Assembly (NCBI RefSeq): GCF_000011805.1
Contig: NC_006840.2
From: Aliivibrio fischeri ES114
GTDB lineage: Bacteria; Pseudomonadota; Gammaproteobacteria; Enterobacterales; Vibrionaceae
Length of the DNA stretch: 32,000 nucleotides
Direction: 5' to 3' (one strand)
This document shows, one piece after another, positions 24,250 to 32,000 of this stretch; the stretch's first letter is position 1, and each line of letters starts with the position of its first letter. Below the pieces are notes generated by a model. That model made no database searches. It was not told where the DNA came from and saw nothing but the letters and a program-made list of their open reading frames with translations. The translations under genes and the position numbers were made by a program.

Positions 24250-25245
24250 TTAATTGGTAATGAGTTCATTACCCGATGCTTCGCCTTTTAAGAAAGCATC
24301 AATATTTCCTAGTGTTGTTGACGCAATATTGTCTAGCGCTTCTTCAGTTAGAAATGCTTGATGCCCTGTGAACAGTACGTTGTGGCAAGCAGATAAGCGA
24401 CGGAAAACATCATCTTTAATAATGTCATTTGATTTGTCTTGGAAGAAAAGCTCTTTTTCGTGATCGTAAACATCTAAACCAAGTGAGCCAATTTTCCCAG
24501 CTTTTAATGCCTCAATTGCACTAGCTGAATTAAGCAATCCACCACGGCTTGTGTTAATGATCATTACTCCATCTTTCATTTTAGAAAATGAATCTGTATC
24601 TAGAAGATGGGTATTCTCAGGTGTTAATGGACAGTGCAGAGTGATCACATCTGATTGAGAAAATATTTCGTCAAGAGTTGTGTATTTCACTCCCATATCA
24701 ATGGCGACTTGGCTTGGGTATGGGTCAAAGCACAATATATTCATTCCCAATCCTTTTAGAATACGCATGGTTGCTAGACCAATTTTACCTGAGCCAATCA
24801 CCCCAACGGTTTTACCGAAAAAGTTAAATCCAGTAAGGCCTTCTAGAGAGAAGTTAGCATCACGAGTACGTTGATACGCTTTGTGGAAGCGACGGTTTAA
24901 ACACATCATCATACCAACGGCATGCTCGGCAATAGCCTCTGGTGAATAAGCAGGAACACGAACTACTTGCATTCCTAATTTCTTAGCAGCCTCAAGATCA
25001 ACACGATCAAAACCAGCACATCGCATAGCGATAAGTTTTGTTCCTTGCTTGGCTAGTATTTCTAGCACTGGTGCTGACAAGTCGTCATTTACAAATGCAC
25101 AGACAACATCAGCCCCATTGGCAATAGGAGCCGTGCTTTCAGTTAACTGAAAATTGAAAAACTGACATTCAAACTGATAGTTTTGATTGATACTATTGAA
25201 AGATGTTTCATCATAAGATTTGGTGCTGAACATTGCGATTTTCAT
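24250..25245 (-). CDS. ldhA: Fermentative D-lactate dehydrogenase
   Basis: Collinear with E. coli LdhA along its full length (MKIAMFSTKSYD..., GVIGSGKIG NAD motif, RLSACHNVLFTGHQAFLT). Confidence 0.92.
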   Translation of the reverse strand: MKIAMFSTKSYDETSFNSINQNYQFECQFFNFQLTESTAPIANGADVVCAFVNDDLSAPVLEILAKQGTKLIAMRCAGFDRVDLEAAKKLGMQVVRVPAYSPEAIAEHAVGMMMCLNRRFHKAYQRTRDANFSLEGLTGFNFFGKTVGVIGSGKIGLATMRILKGLGMNILCFDPYPSQVAIDMGVKYTTLDEIFSQSDVITLHCPLTPENTHLLDTDSFSKMKDGVMIINTSRGGLLNSASAIEALKAGKIGSLGLDVYDHEKELFFQDKSNDIIKDDVFRRLSACHNVLFTGHQAFLTEEALDNIASTTLGNIDAFLKGEASGNELITN

Positions 25246-25493
25246 ATAATATCCTTACAAATAAACAGGTTATATTTAATTTCACTGTTTCCACTCTACC
25301 ATTTAGTCTTAAGAATTCTCAAGACAGAATGGGATAAAAAAGGTTTTTAATTAAACTTAATATAAAGATACGTATAAACGCTATAATTTGTTCAGTACTG
25401 GTTTTTTATGAGAGTTTAGCGATTGCGTTCTAGTAATTGATAATGTTTATCATTTAGAATCAATGGAAAGATAATGCTTAAGAGGTTGATATT

Positions 25494-27203
25494 ATGATGC
25501 AAAAAGTAACAGAGTGGCTTATGCGAGATCCTGATCCTAAAACTCGTGAAGAGCTTCAGTGTTTGGTTGATAGTCATAATACACAAGAACTAGAAGAGCG
25601 TTTTCATTCACGTTTACAATTTGGTACGGCTGGTTTACGAGGTAAAGTCGGCGCAGGGCCAAATAGAATGAATCGTTTAGTGATTCAAGAAACCGCTACT
25701 GGGTTGGGACATTACCTTATTGACCAAGTGAAAGATGCTAAGCAACGTGGTGTGGTTGTTGGTTACGATGGAAGAAATGATTCAAAGCAGTTTGCACATG
25801 ATACCGCGAGTGTTTTAACAGCGCTTGGTATCAAGGTATTTTTAACATCAAAAGTAGCAGCAACACCGATCGTTGCTTTTGGTATTAAACATTTCAATGC
25901 GGCTGGTGCTGTGGTTGTTACAGCAAGTCATAACCCACCAGAATACAATGGCTTTAAAGTGTACTGGGAAAATGGGGCGCAGATTATTCCACCACATGAT
26001 TCTGGTATTGCGCAAACTATCGATATTGCAGCAACAAAATCGATTGTAATGATGCCGTTAGATGAAGCCGAAGAAAAAGGGCTACTAGTTTGGTTAGAAG
26101 ATGATTACTACCAAACTTATCGAAATACAATGAACAGCAATAAATTGCTTTCTAATCATACTGATCCATCAAGTATAACTATTGCTTATACCGCGATGCA
26201 TGGCGTGGGTGCTGATATGGCCGAAACGCTATTACGTGATGCAGGCTTTAACCATGTATTTAGTGTGGCAGAGCAAAGAGAGCCTGATGGTAATTTTCCA
26301 ACAGTAAACTTCCCCAATCCTGAAGAGGCTGGCGCAATGGACATGGTGGAAGCATTAGCCGCTTCTGCTAATGCTGATATTGCTTGTGCCAATGACCCTG
26401 ATGCAGACCGATTTGCACTTGCTGCAAGAAAACCTGATGGTGGATATAAAATGCTAACTGGTGACCAAGTAGGTACTTTATTTGGACATTATTTACTAAC
26501 GCATACAGAAGCAAGCGGGAAACTGGTTGGTAATACGATTGTGTCATCAACGTTACTTAAAAAAATTGCAGAATCGATGGGAGCTGAATACTTCCAAACA
26601 TTAACGGGTTTTAAATGGTTAACGAATGTTGCTATGCAAAAAGAGACGAAGGAAAAACAATTTTTATTCGCTTACGAAGAAGCGCTTGGTTATACCATTG
26701 GGAGTCAAGTTTGGGATAAAGATGGTTTATCTGCTTTAGTTGCCTTTGCACAATTAACGGCGGAATTGGCGACGCAAGGTAAGTGTGTATGGGATCAATT
26801 AGAAAGCATTTATCGTCAGCACGGAATTCATATTAATGCACAACGCAGTATTGCTCTTAACCCTGATTCTCCAGCAATAGGTGAACACTTGCGTGCAAAT
26901 CCACCAACACACATTGCAGGTGTGAAGATAGATGTTGTCGAAGATTTAAAAGCATCGTTACGTTATTTACCTGATGGAGCAACAGAATCGATCGATTTAC
27001 CCGCGAGTGATGTACTTATTTATCATCTTGAGAATGGGGCTCGAATTATTGTGCGTCCATCAGGAACAGAGCCTAAGTTGAAGTGTTATTACGAAGTAGT
27101 GGCAGATATCTCTGAAGGTGAAGATTATTTTGACAAACAAGTGCAAGCTCAAGCCGCGATGGATAATCTTATCGCTGAGCATCAAAAAAGCTTAACATTT
27201 TAA
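25494..27203 (+). CDS. Alpha-D-phosphohexomutase family enzyme (phosphoglucomutase/phosphomannomutase, PgcA-like)
   Basis: Active-site loop TASHNPPEYNGFKVY, metal loop NDPDADRF, phosphate loop RPSGTEPKLK. Confidence 0.88.
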   Translation: MMQKVTEWLMRDPDPKTREELQCLVDSHNTQELEERFHSRLQFGTAGLRGKVGAGPNRMNRLVIQETATGLGHYLIDQVKDAKQRGVVVGYDGRNDSKQFAHDTASVLTALGIKVFLTSKVAATPIVAFGIKHFNAAGAVVVTASHNPPEYNGFKVYWENGAQIIPPHDSGIAQTIDIAATKSIVMMPLDEAEEKGLLVWLEDDYYQTYRNTMNSNKLLSNHTDPSSITIAYTAMHGVGADMAETLLRDAGFNHVFSVAEQREPDGNFPTVNFPNPEEAGAMDMVEALAASANADIACANDPDADRFALAARKPDGGYKMLTGDQVGTLFGHYLLTHTEASGKLVGNTIVSSTLLKKIAESMGAEYFQTLTGFKWLTNVAMQKETKEKQFLFAYEEALGYTIGSQVWDKDGLSALVAFAQLTAELATQGKCVWDQLESIYRQHGIHINAQRSIALNPDSPAIGEHLRANPPTHIAGVKIDVVEDLKASLRYLPDGATESIDLPASDVLIYHLENGARIIVRPSGTEPKLKCYYEVVADISEGEDYFDKQVQAQAAMDNLIAEHQKSLTF

Positions 27204-27220
27204 CGTGAGATGAAATAAAA

Positions 27221-27250
27221 ACGGCGAGGATAGAACCTCGCCGTTTTTTT
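27221..27250. terminator. Bidirectional rho-independent terminator
   Basis: Stem acggcgagg (27221-27229) pairs with cctcgccgt (27236-27244). T7 run follows. It overlaps the 3' end of the LysE-family gene. Confidence 0.75.
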
Positions 27251-27884
27251 ATGCGGTGACAAAAGCACTTAACATCCATACGGCCAGAATGATGAATATT
27301 CCGCCCATAAACTTATGTTGGTACGTTCTAAACTTAACGTTATTAAGTAATGATTTACCAAGAGTGCCAACCAATGCAACAAGCAGTAAATTAAACAGTA
27401 AACCAAGCACATTTAGTAATAGGCCAAGAGCGAGCATCTGCTCTCCAGATGTTGCTGTAATGTTTGTTGAAACAAATTGAGGTAAAAACATTACAAAGAA
27501 AACAAGTGCTTTTGGGTTTAATAGATTACTTACTAATGCTCGTTGATAAAAGGTAGTCGCCATTTTAGAACCATCAGTTAATTCAGGTGCTTCATCTGCT
27601 TCTGCTCGGATGCAATCCCATCCCATTTTTAGTAAGTACATACCACCAAGAAGGTGTAATGCTTTTAATGCAAGAGGGCTCATTGCGATAAGAGCTGATA
27701 CACCAAGAGCTGCTAATAACGTCAAAATAATACCTGACGTTGCATTCCCTAAGCTTGCAAATAATCCTACTTTTCGTCCATAGCTCATGCTTGAACTTGC
27801 AATAAGTAGCATATCTGGACCTGGAAGTAATAAGAGGGCAATAACAGCAGTCAAATAAACTGGAAGAATAGTAATATCAATCAT
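27249..27884 (-). CDS. LysE/RhtB-family amino-acid exporter
   Basis: 211 aa with about 6 TM helices. The N-terminus ...LLLPGPDMLLIASSSMSYGRKVG is typical of the LysE family. Confidence 0.8.
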   Translation of the reverse strand: MIDITILPVYLTAVIALLLLPGPDMLLIASSSMSYGRKVGLFASLGNATSGIILTLLAALGVSALIAMSPLALKALHLLGGMYLLKMGWDCIRAEADEAPELTDGSKMATTFYQRALVSNLLNPKALVFFVMFLPQFVSTNITATSGEQMLALGLLLNVLGLLFNLLLVALVGTLGKSLLNNVKFRTYQHKFMGGIFIILAVWMLSAFVTA

Positions 27885-28053
27885 TATTTTATTTTGAATT
27901 ATAAATAAGAGGGCGGATTTTATAGTAGAGTAATCCAGATTTCCATTCTTAAAGATTCAAAATAGAATAAAAAATCAGCATATTAAATATTATAAATAAT
28001 ATTGTTAATATATGGTTGTGCTATTGATTGTTAATTGTATTTAATTAAAGACG

Positions 28054-28668
28054 TTACCTTGCAACCCATTCCGTTTCTATTAGTGTTTTTCCATCTAATT
28101 TTAATCGAGCAAGAAAGATATCCCCCATGTGTATTTCGCCTACACCTTGTGGGGTGCCTGTCATAACGACATCACCATCACATAATTGGGTATAACTTTT
28201 TAAGTCATTTAAAATCGTTTCAGGAGAATAAATCATTTGGCTTACGTTGCCACATTGAACTCGCATACTATTAATAAATAATTCGATTTGGAGTGCATCG
28301 ATATTAAGGTTATCAATAGGGATAAAACGGCTGAAGATAGCAGAACCATTAAACGCTTTTGCTCGTTCCCAAGGTAATCCTTTACTTTTAAGTTCAGCTT
28401 GTAAGTCACGTTTGGTTAAATCGAGCCCAATGGCCACTGCATTTAATTGTTCATCTTTAATTAGGAAACAAATTTCAGCTTCATAATGTAAGCGTTCTTG
28501 ATGGAATGAACTTAAAGTAGAAGTGATGCAGGAATTGGGTTTATTAAATACCACCATTTGATCAGGAATCGAATTATTAAGTTCACTAATATGATCAATA
28601 TAATTGCGACCGATACACAGCAACTTAGTTGGGGTGATCAGCTGCTCTCCAAAACGAATGGTATTCAT
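28054..28668 (-). CDS. Fumarylacetoacetate hydrolase (FAH) family protein
   Basis: LLCIGRNYIDHISE ... EAEICFLI ... GDVVMTGTPQGVG pattern typical of small FAH-family hydrolases/isomerases. Confidence 0.8.
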   Translation of the reverse strand: MNTIRFGEQLITPTKLLCIGRNYIDHISELNNSIPDQMVVFNKPNSCITSTLSSFHQERLHYEAEICFLIKDEQLNAVAIGLDLTKRDLQAELKSKGLPWERAKAFNGSAIFSRFIPIDNLNIDALQIELFINSMRVQCGNVSQMIYSPETILNDLKSYTQLCDGDVVMTGTPQGVGEIHMGDIFLARLKLDGKTLIETEWVAR

Positions 28669-28948
28669 TGCTTTTCCTTAGCACAAAAATAATTCGAAAT
28701 TGTATCGTGAAATTATTTCAATTACGTTTAATTTTATGAGTATTTATTAAAAATTCGACATTTAGCTAAAAATTAGAAAATACTGTCATGCAACGGTCAT
28801 TATCATTTAAATAATAAAAATAACTGAAGTAAAGTCACGAATCGTTATTTTATGTCGTCTTATTAGTGATAATAAATTAAATTTCCCTGCTATATTCCGA
28901 TCAGTCGGTTACCGGCTAAATCTAATAATAAGTAAATAAGGGAATTTT

Positions 28949-30616
28949 ATGAAACTAAATAGTCTGTGCATTGCTGTTATGCTTGCGACTTCTGCCTATG
29001 TAAATGCAGCTGAAATATATAACCAAGAGCAAAGCTACCAAGCTGGTAGCCAAGTATCATTTAATGGGGATATATATGAAGCTAAATGGTGGGCAAATCC
29101 GGGTCAAAGTCCTGCTGATGTTGCTGCAAATCCATGGGATACACCTTGGGAGCTTATCTCAGAAGGAGATGGTGTAACGCCTCCGCCACCCGTTGTTGAT
29201 CCTGAAGAGCCTGAGGTTGAATTACCTGAAGGCGACTATCCTCAATATAAAGAGGGTGAAAAATACAAAGGTGGTGATGTTGTTCAAAACGAAAATCAAT
29301 TATACCGTTGTAAAACAGGCGTTACAGCTACTTGGTGTTCAGGAGCCGCTTGGGCCTATGCTCCAGGAACAGGTACTGCATGGGTAGACGCTTGGGAAAA
29401 AATTACTGAAGATGATCTTGTTCCACCAGTAGACCCAGAAATTCCACCAGTTGATCCTGAAGTTCCTCCAACGGGCGGAGACTATAAAGTAAATCAATCT
29501 GCATTGGATGCTAAAGAAGCGGAATTAACAAATTTTGATGTAATGAATGATGTAAAAGCATCCATTGCCACATTAGATAATGAATCTGTTGAACGCATTA
29601 TTCCTGGTGCAGAATCAAACCCTGAGAACGTAAAACGTATTGAGCAAATTGTTTCTGAAAGTACATGGAATTTCTTATTCCCTAAGCGTGCTCCTGAATA
29701 TACATACCGTCATTTCTTGCAGGCAACGGGTAAATTCCCAGCTTTCTGTGGTACTTATGAAGATGGACGTGACTCTGATGCTATCTGTAAAAAGTCACTA
29801 GCAACTATGTTTGCTCATTTTACTCAAGAGACCGGTGGACATACTGCTCATTGGGAAGTGCCTGAGTGGCGTCAAGGTTTAGTTCATGTTCGTGAGATGG
29901 GCTGGACTGAAGAAATGCGTGGTGGCTATAACGGTGAATGTAATCCTGACGTATGGCAGGGGAAAACATGGCCATGTGGTACGTTTGATAACGGCGAATT
30001 TAAATCATACTTTGGCCGTGGAGCGAAGCAGTTAAGTTATAACTACAACTACGGACCGTTTTCTGATGCGATGTTTGGTACCGTTCGAACTTTGTTAGAT
30101 AACCCTGAAATGGTGGCAGATACGTGGTTAAACCTGTCTTCAGCGGTCTTTTTCTTTGTTTATCCACAACCACCAAAGCCAAGCATGTTGCATGTTATTG
30201 ATGGAACATGGCAACCAAACCAAGCAGATTTAAATAATGGCTTAGTTCCTGGGTTTGGTGTAACGACTCAGATCATTAATGGTGGTGTTGAGTGTGGTGG
30301 CAGTATTGAAGTAGCACAATCGTTAAATCGTATTAAATATTACAAAGAAATGGCAAATTACCTAGGTGTGCCAATTGAAGATACCGAAATACTTGGTTGT
30401 AAAGGCATGAAGCAGTTTGATGCTGCAGGCGCTGGAGCGGTTAATATTTACTGGGAGCAAGATTGGGGATGGTCAAGTGAAACGCCAGATGGTAAAGCTT
30501 ACGCATGTCAATTAGTAGGTTATCAAACACCTCATTCGGCATTTAAGTTCCGCGATTATACTAAATGTGTAGAAGCGAACTTCCCGAATATTGAAGTAAT
30601 TAATGATGTAGATTAA
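28949..30616 (+). CDS. Secreted GH19 chitinase with two N-terminal CBM5/12 chitin-binding modules
   Basis: Signal peptide MKLNSLCIAVMLATSAYVNA. Chitin-binding modules YQAGSQVSFNGDIYEAKWWANPGQSP and YKGGDVVQNENQLYRCK. Pro-rich linkers. GH19 motifs FAHFTQETGG and YFGRGAKQLSYNYNYGPFS. Confidence 0.88.
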   Translation: MKLNSLCIAVMLATSAYVNAAEIYNQEQSYQAGSQVSFNGDIYEAKWWANPGQSPADVAANPWDTPWELISEGDGVTPPPPVVDPEEPEVELPEGDYPQYKEGEKYKGGDVVQNENQLYRCKTGVTATWCSGAAWAYAPGTGTAWVDAWEKITEDDLVPPVDPEIPPVDPEVPPTGGDYKVNQSALDAKEAELTNFDVMNDVKASIATLDNESVERIIPGAESNPENVKRIEQIVSESTWNFLFPKRAPEYTYRHFLQATGKFPAFCGTYEDGRDSDAICKKSLATMFAHFTQETGGHTAHWEVPEWRQGLVHVREMGWTEEMRGGYNGECNPDVWQGKTWPCGTFDNGEFKSYFGRGAKQLSYNYNYGPFSDAMFGTVRTLLDNPEMVADTWLNLSSAVFFFVYPQPPKPSMLHVIDGTWQPNQADLNNGLVPGFGVTTQIINGGVECGGSIEVAQSLNRIKYYKEMANYLGVPIEDTEILGCKGMKQFDAAGAGAVNIYWEQDWGWSSETPDGKAYACQLVGYQTPHSAFKFRDYTKCVEANFPNIEVINDVD

Positions 30617-30634
30617 TTAGTTAAATAAAGATAA

Positions 30635-30668
30635 ACACCTTCCAGATGATTTTGGAAGGTGTTTTTTA
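30635..30668 (+). terminator. Chitinase rho-independent terminator
   Basis: Stem acaccttcca (30635-30644) pairs with tggaaggtgt (30653-30662). T-rich run follows. Confidence 0.75.
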
Positions 30669-30781
30669 TTTTTGCAATATAAATAACCATTTTTATATTG
30701 TGGTTATTGAGAGAGTAGTCACTTAAATAAGATGGAGAGTTTGTAATATCGTTGTTTTATCAATCGTTTTGGATTAAAGCA

Positions 30782-32000
30782 ATGAATGTAGTAGAACGTT
30801 TCTTAGGTTACACAAAGATTAATACGACAACAAACCAAGCTAATGGGGCAGCGGGCATTATGCCTTCAAGTGAAGGGCAATATGAATTGGCTTGTTTGGT
30901 TAAAAAAGAATTAGAAGCGCTAGGTTGTACAGATATTCTTCTTCGTGATACCGCTATTCTTACGGCAACTCTGCCATCTAATACCGAAAAAAAATTACCA
31001 ACCGTTGCTTTCTTTGGGCACCTTGATACCAGCTCTGAACGTACAGAAGACACCCATGCCGTAGTGGTTCATTATAAAGGTGGCGATATTCCTCTCGCAA
31101 CAGGACCTGTTTTATCTTTAGCTGAATATCCAGAACTAACTAATTATATTGGTCAAGACATCATTGTAAGTGACGGTCAATCATTATTAGGCGCAGATGA
31201 TAAAGCAGCCATTGCCGCTATCTTAAATGCGTTACAGTTTTTTAAAGACAACCCAGATGTTGAACATGGAATGGTTAAGGTTGGTTTTGTTCCTGATGAA
31301 GAACAAGGTCTTTTAGGGGCGAATGCTTTTGATGTTGACGGTTTTGGCGCTGATTTTGCGTACACTTTGGATTGCTGTGGTATTGGTGAGTTTGTATGTG
31401 AAAACTGGAATGCAGGTAATGCGGTTGTTACGTTTACAGGGCAGTCTGCACACCCTATGAACTCTAAAGGTAATTTGATTAACTCTTTGCTACTGGCTAA
31501 TTCATTCATGTCCCGTTTTCCTGAGAAAGAAACTCCTGAGCATACAGAAGGAAGAGAAGGCTATTACTGGATGAAGAAGTTGGCGGGAAATTCTGCCAAA
31601 ACAGTGCTTAATATGGATATCAGAGATTTCACTGAATCAGGATATATGTATCGTAAAGCCTTTATTGCTGAACAAGTTCGAATGTTCAATGAAGAAAACA
31701 ATAACCGTGCAACTCTTGAATTAAGTGATCGTTACAGTAACGTTCATAACTTCTTAAAAGGCTCCATGCTGCCAGTTGATCTTGCAATGGAAGCATATAA
31801 GGAAAATGACATTGAACCTAAAGTTATACCGATGCGCGGCGGCTATGATGGTGCAGTTTTGTCTGAAAAAGGTTTGCCATGCCCTAACATTTTTACCGGC
31901 GCACATAACTTCCACTCTATATTTGAATACCTTCCTGTCCCATCTTTAATTGCTGCAAGTAATGTTGTGAAAACAATCATTATTAACTTAACGAAACATG
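30782..32000 (+). CDS. pepT: Peptidase T (M20B tripeptide aminopeptidase), 3' end outside window
   Basis: Hand translation from ATG 30782 stays open to the window end (406 codons): MNVVERFLGYTKINTTT...FFGHLDT...LLGADDKAAIAAIL...GFVPDEE...PMRGGYDGA. It is absent from the ORF track because no stop is reached. The track ORFs on the opposite strand are shadows. Confidence 0.88.
   Translation, partial: MNVVERFLGYTKINTTTNQANGAAGIMPSSEGQYELACLVKKELEALGCTDILLRDTAILTATLPSNTEKKLPTVAFFGHLDTSSERTEDTHAVVVHYKGGDIPLATGPVLSLAEYPELTNYIGQDIIVSDGQSLLGADDKAAIAAILNALQFFKDNPDVEHGMVKVGFVPDEEQGLLGANAFDVDGFGADFAYTLDCCGIGEFVCENWNAGNAVVTFTGQSAHPMNSKGNLINSLLLANSFMSRFPEKETPEHTEGREGYYWMKKLAGNSAKTVLNMDIRDFTESGYMYRKAFIAEQVRMFNEENNNRATLELSDRYSNVHNFLKGSMLPVDLAMEAYKENDIEPKVIPMRGGYDGAVLSEKGLPCPNIFTGAHNFHSIFEYLPVPSLIAASNVVKTIIINLTKH

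Noticed and set aside
29160-29475. Repeated PPVDPE(I/V)PP / PPPPVVDPEEPE coding repeats considered as a tandem DNA repeat or contingency locus
   Set aside because: They are short proline-rich interdomain linkers typical of secreted chitinases between CBM and catalytic modules. They are in frame and not long enough to suggest instability.
18612-30182. Short ORFs embedded in or antisense to topA, the DASS transporter, kinase, ldhA, phosphomutase, LysE and chitinase genes (18612, 19226, 19785, 19826, 21252, 22080, 23024, 23352, 24680, 26186, 26368, 27256, 29193, 30000)
   Set aside because: All lie within confidently identified longer genes and have no start signals or recognisable motifs.
30808-31509. 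Minus-strand ORFs 30808..31053 and 31177..31509
   Set aside because: They are antisense shadows of the + strand pepT reading frame, which is open from 30782 to the end of the window.

Overview
This window is an AT-rich gammaproteobacterial chromosome segment. I infer a Vibrionaceae, Aliivibrio-like origin from protein similarity, synteny and a LuxM/LuxN-type gene pair; no search was run. The backbone is the conserved enterobacterial/vibrio neighbourhood yciO - rluB - yciK - sohB - yciN - topA. It continues with a DASS transporter plus two-component operon, ldhA, a phosphohexomutase, a LysE exporter, an FAH-family hydrolase, a GH19 chitinase with two chitin-binding modules, and pepT, which runs off the 3' end and is missing from the ORF track.

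Two accessory blocks interrupt the backbone, and both look more AT-rich by eye.

(i) 329-4036 holds a multi-TM hybrid sensor kinase and a ~380-aa upstream gene (AinR/AinS- or LuxN/LuxM-like). The start region of the upstream gene is split by a T8 homopolymer.

(ii) A ~10-kb island sits between sohB and yciN (about 7.44-17.45 kb). It consists of an integron cassette array with no integrase in the window. The array has nine attC sites in three sequence families, all in one orientation, and several have damaged cores. It ends in a truncated attC, followed by precisely abutting fragments of a DNA methyltransferase and a tyrosine recombinase.

The most notable cassette (10733-~13098) carries a structured ~190-nt non-coding leader, a 395-aa retron-type reverse transcriptase and a translationally overlapping 2-TM protein. 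This is a retron-like anti-phage candidate packaged as an attC cassette. A degenerate attC may fuse it to a downstream TM + winged-helix gene.

Other cassettes encode:
- two PD-(D/E)xK-nuclease-like proteins
- a PIN-like protein
- several small membrane-anchored proteins
- two small reverse-strand ORFs that the ORF track missed

I saw no rRNA, tRNA or CRISPR.
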